The translations under genes were made by a program, and so were the position numbers. The notes beneath the pieces are model-generated. The model had not been told where the DNA came from. It ran no database searches and worked only from the letters and a program-made list of their open reading frames with translations. A stretch of DNA of 64,000 bases from Octopus vulgaris. Its lineage: Eukaryota. Shown here in pieces: positions 56,071-64,000 of the stretch (position 1 is its first letter; each line of letters starts with the position of its first letter). The stretch lies in assembly GCA_951406725.2 (NCBI GenBank), contig OX597835.1, positions 5,766,001 through 5,830,000 on the forward strand, in the 5' to 3' direction.

Positions 56071-56854
56071 ATGGTTCAGATTAAACAGTGTACCTGTCTG
56101 ACAATAAAGGACAAAGATGTCTAGACTACAGTCCTTAAATGCATGAGAAAGTCACTTTTGCAAAATATACAGTAAACAAAATTAACGCGTGTATATCCCC
56201 CTATTTTACACCATTCTCCACAGGAATATGTTACGACAGAAAGCAAGTTGAGCTGAAGTAGAGCTTTATACTTGTCGGTGTTTTGGGTAAATTGGTGTAA
56301 ATCAATAAACTTAGGTGGAGACTTCGACTTCTCGAAGCTTCTGCGCAGCAATTACTATGTGTTGTGTCAAGCTCATATCAGAGCTACCTGTACCAGGCCT
56401 AAATCCACATTGAGACCATAAGATACCGCAGATTATTAGTTACTTATTTAATTATGCAGGTAGATAGGTAGGTGGGAAGATAGGTAATCTGAGAGGAAGA
56501 GAAATAGATGAGTAGGTAGATAAATAGGCAAGTAGGGAGGCAGGTAGATAGATAGATAAATAGATAGACAGACAGAGAGACAGAGAGATAGATAACGGAC
56601 TAAGTGAGAATTTATTGTAAAGGTTGCAAGGAGCAACGAAAGATCATTGACAAACAAGACAAAACGAATTACTTACGGTTTAACCAAATTAAACAATCGG
56701 TTCGTTAATTAGATATTTAACCAACTGACTGATAATAAAAGAATGGAAATGAATCGATACGTGTGATAATGATATTGACATGACTCTCCGAAGATACAGC
56801 ATTTATTTCAACAGACGAATTCACATAAGGAATCATGCAAACGACATACATAAC

Positions 56855-56913
<59 letters not shown>

Positions 56914-56939
56914 TATATACATACATATATATACATATA

Positions 56940-56996
<57 letters not shown>

Positions 56997-57339
56997 GTGT
57001 GTGTATGCATGTATGTGTATGTGTGCGTGTACGTACGTACGTATGTTCAAACGCATACGGTTGGGAAAAAGACAACTAATGTAGATTTTGTACGAAGATA
57101 CACAAAAAGACGAACAACGCACTGGAAGGAAAATGTGTGCGGGAATGTGTGTGTGCGTCTGCGTGTGTATGTGTGTGTACGTGTGTGTGCAAGCAGATGT
57201 ACATAGATAGGCAGCAAACATCTACAGAGATAGCTAAACGCACACACACACTCACACACATATATATGCTTATATACATAGATCCCCTTATTTATATGCA
57301 TATATATATGTATATACCTGCGTGAAAAGATAGAAAGAA

Positions 57340-57656
<317 letters not shown>

Positions 57657-59040
57657 TTATCAGTTAGAAGAAAGAGAATATATTTTAACAACCAGAAGCA
57701 AAATGATTCTTTGAACCCGAAACTAGAGACATTACGACCAATGAAAATAGGTGTTGTTTGGTAATCGGAGCGATTCCATTGGTGTTATCTGTGTGAAACA
57801 GATGTTTTTCTTTCTGCCTTTCTGCACAATAACACTCGGGATAATACAGTTGGTTGCACAAATTTAATCTGTACAATGTCTTATACTTGAGCTTAATACG
57901 AAACAGCGAGGGATCCACTTACACATCACAACACTCGATAACGCAACACAATCTCCATTAATAAACCATCTATGTTTCTTTCTTTTTTATTCTGCTTTAT
58001 GATTTTTGGGTGTTTTTTTTTTGTTTCCGAGTCAACAAAACCGTTTCTATGAGATCGCTCTGCTTGCTAGACATAGCAAGGATATCTTCTGCCTTCCTGT
58101 CTTTAAATTCAGTGTATACAGTTTATATCTATTATATAAAATCCGTTCTGTCTTTCTCTGTGTGTGTGTCTTCTAGATCTCGGGCATCCTCCATCCGATT
58201 GCGCTCAAATTTGATATGTAGATACCGAAGGTATCACGACGTGTATAAGTCTTGAAAAAATTACGAAAATCGATTCCAGGTGAGAATGCGATCAATTACT
58301 GCGCAATTACTTGGCTACTTGACTCGGTTGCATATTTGTGTGAATAAAATCGTTTTTCTTCTTGGAATATAATAAAGAAACTTATCTTTATTTCTTCTTT
58401 TTTCTGGTATCTCAAATTTAGGTTAAATCAGTGTTTCTCAAAGGAGGCCTACGGGACAGGTCGGACAGGTTTTGAGAAAATTTGGTTTAAATGTTTGACA
58501 ACTCAGCACCGTCCATTGGACGGGGGGTCGTTTTGCTCGTTATATATAATGACCAAACGACTGGGGCAGTTACTTTGAGGCTAGTTGACCTGCTAGAAAT
58601 AACACTTCAATCTTCATTAAATCTCACCTCCTAATGTGTAGAAACTGAAATATTTACATCGTGGAAGGATCCCATTGAGAGTTGTCTTAAGATAGGTGTT
58701 ATAAGCTGCAGCATAGCAAACCTGTTAACCTACTAAAAATATTGATTCGTTCTACATACATACTTGTATATATACTTATTTGAACTACAAGGAAACAGTT
58801 GAGTGTGACCTCGAAGTTTGGTATAGTCAGCTGAAAATTCGAAGTTACTAATCTCAAAAATACTATTACAAATTATTTATTATATTTTAATTAACAGACT
58901 AATCTTTCTCTACCTAACTAAGAAACTCTATATATATGTATGAATATAAATATATTTCTATTCCTTATAATCCTTTAGATGAATTATGCTGGGGCACCAC
59001 CGCTGTATATAGACAGTATATTGTGTATAGACATCTAAGT

Positions 59041-59440
59041 TGGCGAGCTGGCAGAAATGTCAGCACGATGGCCGAAATGCTCAACGGCATTTCGTCTGTC
59101 TTTATGGTCTTGGTTCAAATTTTGCCGGGGTCGATTTAGCTATTGACTCCTCAAAGGAGTCAATAAAATAAGTACCAGTCGACTTAACCGACTTACACCT
59201 TCTTCAAATCTACTTGCCTTGTGCCAAACTTGGAACCAATATGTAAATATCTAAGGTTTCGCGTTGGCCAAAATAATTGGGACTCGGGGCAAAATGTTTA
59301 ATTCTGAGTTCAAATTCCGCGGAACTCGAATTTGCCCTTCAGTAAAAAGGGGTTGATCAAATAAGTGCCAGTTGAGCACTGGGGTTGATGTAAACCACTT
59401 AACCCCGACGCCGAAATGGTTACCACGGTGTCAAAATTTA
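59041..59440 (+). mobile_element. Two decayed head-type-3 SINE copies in tandem
   Basis: TGGCGAGCTGGCAGAAATGTCAGCACG...GTTCAAATTTTGCCGGGGTCGA and TTCTGAGTTCAAATTCCGCGG...GCACTGGGGTTGATGTAA. Confidence 0.7.
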
Positions 59441-59668
59441 AAGCCCACACATAAATATCTATCTGCGCAAGTAAGTATATATATATATATGAGTGTGTAT
59501 GTATGTAATAATCAGCCGTTTATTCTAATCATGTATGAGTTAGAGCATGGTTATTGTGGAGCTCATTTTTCTTTTCTTTACACCTAACATTAACTTGCAG
59601 TACTCAACACTTGGAGTATAAAAAAAAACGATAATATATTTTCACTCTGAAACGTTTATAAGAGTGGA

Positions 59669-59758
<90 letters not shown>

Positions 59759-59878
59759 CACATATATATATAATGGTGACACACAAAGAGAAGAGAAAAC
59801 AGTAAGTGATAATTGGCAAAATAGTGCACGGAGGGGTAGACGTATAAATAGGAATGCTTGCATCATATAGATATATAG

Positions 59879-59949
<71 letters not shown>

Positions 59950-60970
59950 AATATGTACGTGCTTGTATAGTTAGACATCTGTGTGTAAGTATACATACAC
60001 CTATATATATGTAATGTGCATGTTTGTACATGTGAGTGTGTGCACGCGTACATATAATAGGCTTATTGATAAATAAACATATATTTTTTTTAATTAAGAA
60101 TATTAGGAAGAAAGAAAGAAAGAAAGACAGAACGGAAGATAGAGAGAAGGAAAAAGAAAGAAGGAAAGAAGGGAGGAAAGAAAGAAAGAATGATGTTCTA
60201 TATTTTCTTTTGTTAATTAAAATGATCGTTATAAAGATTATCTTTATTTCTTCTTTTTTATCTAAAATTTTTAAATCAGTGTTAAAGATAGAACCAGGCT
60301 AAATAATTTAGATATTGTTTATCAGTTATTTGTTCATCATCTGTTTGGCATCAAATCGAATTATAGACGCCATTACGTTTGGCGAAGGCTGTAAGTTAAG
60401 GTAAGATATTTACAGAATGAAAAAGTTCATTGGGCCACAGTGCAAAGGTTGTCTCGCTGACACAGTTTGCAAGTAGAGTTATTTAATCATATTGTCGCAT
60501 CATGATTAATTGATAGATTATAAATCTTATACTTTCTGATTTTCGAAATTGTGATTCTACTTCAGAATTAGTCATAAGACGAACACAGCCATTGGCAGTG
60601 TGTTGAGGAGTGAGGTGGGAAGTTTTGGTATTCAGGCTTTTGTTTATAGTTTTTTTTTTTGTTTATATGTTTTGTTTTCTTGTTTTGCATTTTCTTTTGC
60701 ATTTTTTTTTTTTTTTGTTTTGATCAATTTGCCAGGTTCAGAAATGGGGAACGAAAATAGATTTCTGTGTAACAAACTTCCTAGAAAATCGAATTCTCCA
60801 TCTTCATCTTCTTCACTTTCTATGATAATTAATCAATCAATATAATATATCATCTATATGACTGTATCCAACCATAACTGTTCATGCGTGTGTGCGTGTG
60901 TGTGTGTTCGTGTATGTGTGCATAGGGTATGTGTGTGTATGAATGTATACAGATATGTCTTTTTATCTCA

Positions 60971-61046
<76 letters not shown>

Positions 61047-61253
61047 ATATGTATATGTACATATACATATGCATATACATATATGCATACACACCCATAT
61101 AGATATTGCTATACACATACATACTCTTTTACACACATAATTACAAAGAGAGATAATATGATTTTTCATCCATTAACTATTTTAAATGTTTATATATACA
61201 TATCTAACTAATTTTATTAGACAAATATATATATATATATGCGTATATGTCTA

Positions 61254-61287
<34 letters not shown>

Positions 61288-61489
61288 TATACTATGATAT
61301 ATATATATATATATATAGTTTATTATACACACATGCACACATATACATACACATATATAGGTGTATATATATGTGTGTATGTGTATGTGTGATATCATAT
61401 TGCATACATGTATGCATATAAGTATGTGTGTTCATTAATATATTGTTGATGCATTATGGGTATGTTCTACACTACAAACGACAGACTTG

Positions 61490-61525
<36 letters not shown>

Positions 61526-61869
61526 CTCTCTCTATCTATATATTTATCTCGCACGGTCTCTCTCTCTTCTTTCTTGTTTTTTCTCTCTCTCTGTCTCTAG
61601 CTATCCATATCTTACAGTCTCTCTCTCTCTCTGTCTCATCCATTCCCCATCTATTTCTCCCTCTTTCTCTCTCACTCACGTAAACGCTCCTTCTCTCTCC
61701 GTTTCTCTCACATATACACATACATACCTCAAAGAGAAGCAGTTTTCTCTACACAGAGAACTTAATTCAGAATTACACCCAAGTGAAGAAAGATTCTAGA
61801 AATATGTTATTATTAATTGGGCCCCTGTACAAATAAAACCATAAATCACCAGGAATAACAATAAAGGTA

Positions 61870-61957
<88 letters not shown>

Positions 61958-62375
61958 GGCAACTTCATAAGATCCTTCGCGAACAGTGCCATAGGCGTAC
62001 GTAACTCGTTCTAGACGATTAGGCCGGTAAGTACTAAAAGCCGAAACTGTCCGAGTTATACACACAGGTCGATGAATCTGTCTTCTCACTATGGTTCAAT
62101 GTATGCATTGTCTTGTGTTAAACAGATGATGTTATCGACCTTCCACAGTAAAAATTGTTTCGCAGTTGTTAGGTTCTCTGTTTTTCTTCCAACTCTTTAT
62201 GTTCTGAGTTCAAATCCACCCTAGTTCCCATTTGACTTTGATCATTCTGGGACCGATAAAACTCAAGTATGAAGACGGATTTCTCCCTGTTTCTGTCTCC
62301 TTGTCACACACTTACCCTCTCTCTCTCTCTCTTTCTCTCTCACTCTATCTATCTATCTATCTTTCTATATCTATG

Positions 62376-62470
<95 letters not shown>

Positions 62471-62729
62471 ATCTATCTTTCTATCTATCCATCTATCTAT
62501 CTATCTATCTATCTCTCACTCTTAACCGAGCTAGCTGGCTATCAGACATTCATTATGAAATTCGCTGTGATTGTAAAAACATACATTTGAACCATTTTAT
62601 CCAAGACAACCACTTCCAACCTGTCGTAGCCGAAGAATGTTGAAACGAAAACTGCCAGAGTGTGTCCCATTTAAGACAATGCCAAATATGGCAATATGTG
62701 GCAACTTTGGGTGACTTTTTGGTGTGTGC

Positions 62730-62930
62730 TTTGGGGTATTTGTGTTATTTCCGACAGATGGAACAGCCAGGTAGTCTGACTCCTTGGTCACTCCCTGTGA
62801 TACGAACTTTCACCCCTTTACTTGATATCCAAACTCTGTGCAATCAATTCTCTAAATACTGTCTTTTAGCTTTTGGCACACATATGCTCCTCTATAGCAT
62901 AGCAACCATATCATATTGCTTTCTTAATGA
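62730..62930 (-). pseudogene. Possible decayed RTE-like LINE C-terminal fragment
   Basis: Minus-strand hints KAI*YGC, LDIK*..KVR and RSQTTWLFHLS appear in the order of LLYGCE.W / ILGIKW.DKV / RRL.W.GHV; weak. Confidence 0.28.
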
Positions 62931-64000
62931 ATAATACTTTAGACAATGCAGTCCAAGGTAGACAGTGTCTATATAAAAATATGAGGGTCGAAGCATTTTT
63001 CACCCCAGGTATACTTGGTCCTTGCTTATTTGAGTTTAAGCAACAACAACAATTTTTAAAGATTAGCATATTTGTGTGTCCAGTCACGTCGTTGACAAAC
63101 GGTGAAATTATAGTTAAATTTAATTCGTTAAATAGAATTATATATATAAAGTTTATTATACACACATGACATTCCAGGCTATATGGTGTTCCAGTTAGGA
63201 TCGGGTTTAATATTGCATCATACCAAAATATGTTAATCATATTTTAATTAACCACTTGGGGTTGTTGCTTCAACCTCATTAATTATAAGTCAGGTTGTTG
63301 ATTACGTCGTTATAATTATAGAGGTCAGCCAGACAGATAATTTAGCACGGTCTCCTCTTTCTTTCTTTTTTTCCCCCTCTTGTCTCAAGATCAATCAACA
63401 GCGAAAATTTGCAGACACGATTATAGCTAGCCGAATTTCCCTATAATCTATGTCAAACAGGGTGATACACGCAGCCTGGAGGCGATAGTGAAAACGATAC
63501 ATCTGAATTTCTTGCAAAATTCCTGTTTTTAGCTGAAATAAAACAGCAACTTTGGCGCGTAGCGCCATAAAGTCTGAAAGAAGTCATTTTCTAACAATTT
63601 GTTTTTGTTATGAATTAAACAATTCTAAGTATTTATAGGTGAAAGAAAAATACAACCGATTCCATTCGATCATTTGCGTTGGACATTTACCAAAAAAAAA
63701 AAGAAGAAAAAAAAGTACGGATGAAATTTAAATCCAGAGGCAGACAAAAAAATAAAGAATAATTCTAAATTCCATATCAATAAAAATAGATCACCTAATT
63801 GATCGGAGATCGAATGAGAAACACGATAATCTAAAGAGAAAGCGCTGTTTCTATTAATTTAGACGCCATAGCCTCTACAACTGATAAACGATATTTCTCT
63901 TAATAACAAGGGAAGAACAATTTTCCAGGGTTTCCTTCTGCAGAAGAGACATACAGTAGGTCTTGTTTGATATAATCTCTTTTTTTAACTCTTTACTGGA

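Overview
AT-rich, microsatellite-saturated eukaryotic DNA with no recognisable intact protein-coding gene. Nearly all ORFs in the track are translations of (TA)n, (CA)n, (TATG)n, (GATA)n, (AAT)n or (AGT)n tracts. The repeat style and the tRNA-derived SINE families suggest intronic or intergenic DNA of an octopus (coleoid cephalopod); this is inferred from memory of these repeats, not from a search. Supported content: about 25 SINE copies or remnants from at least 4 head types (three with 11-14 bp target-site duplications), one complete non-autonomous Helitron (A|TC...hairpin-CTAG|T), and a decayed R4/Dong-type restriction-like-endonuclease LINE 3' end abutting (TAA)n. There are also weaker LINE remnants and an unusual density of fold-back (inverted-repeat) structures. 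The most interesting signal is a set of short non-coding elements embedded in (TA)n. They carry minimal, variant hammerhead-ribozyme-like motifs (stem II-GAAAC-[palindrome]-GTH), and several have a partial inverted duplication at one end, the architecture expected of Penelope-like-element derivatives. 54.9-55.7 kb looks like a sequencing or assembly artefact.
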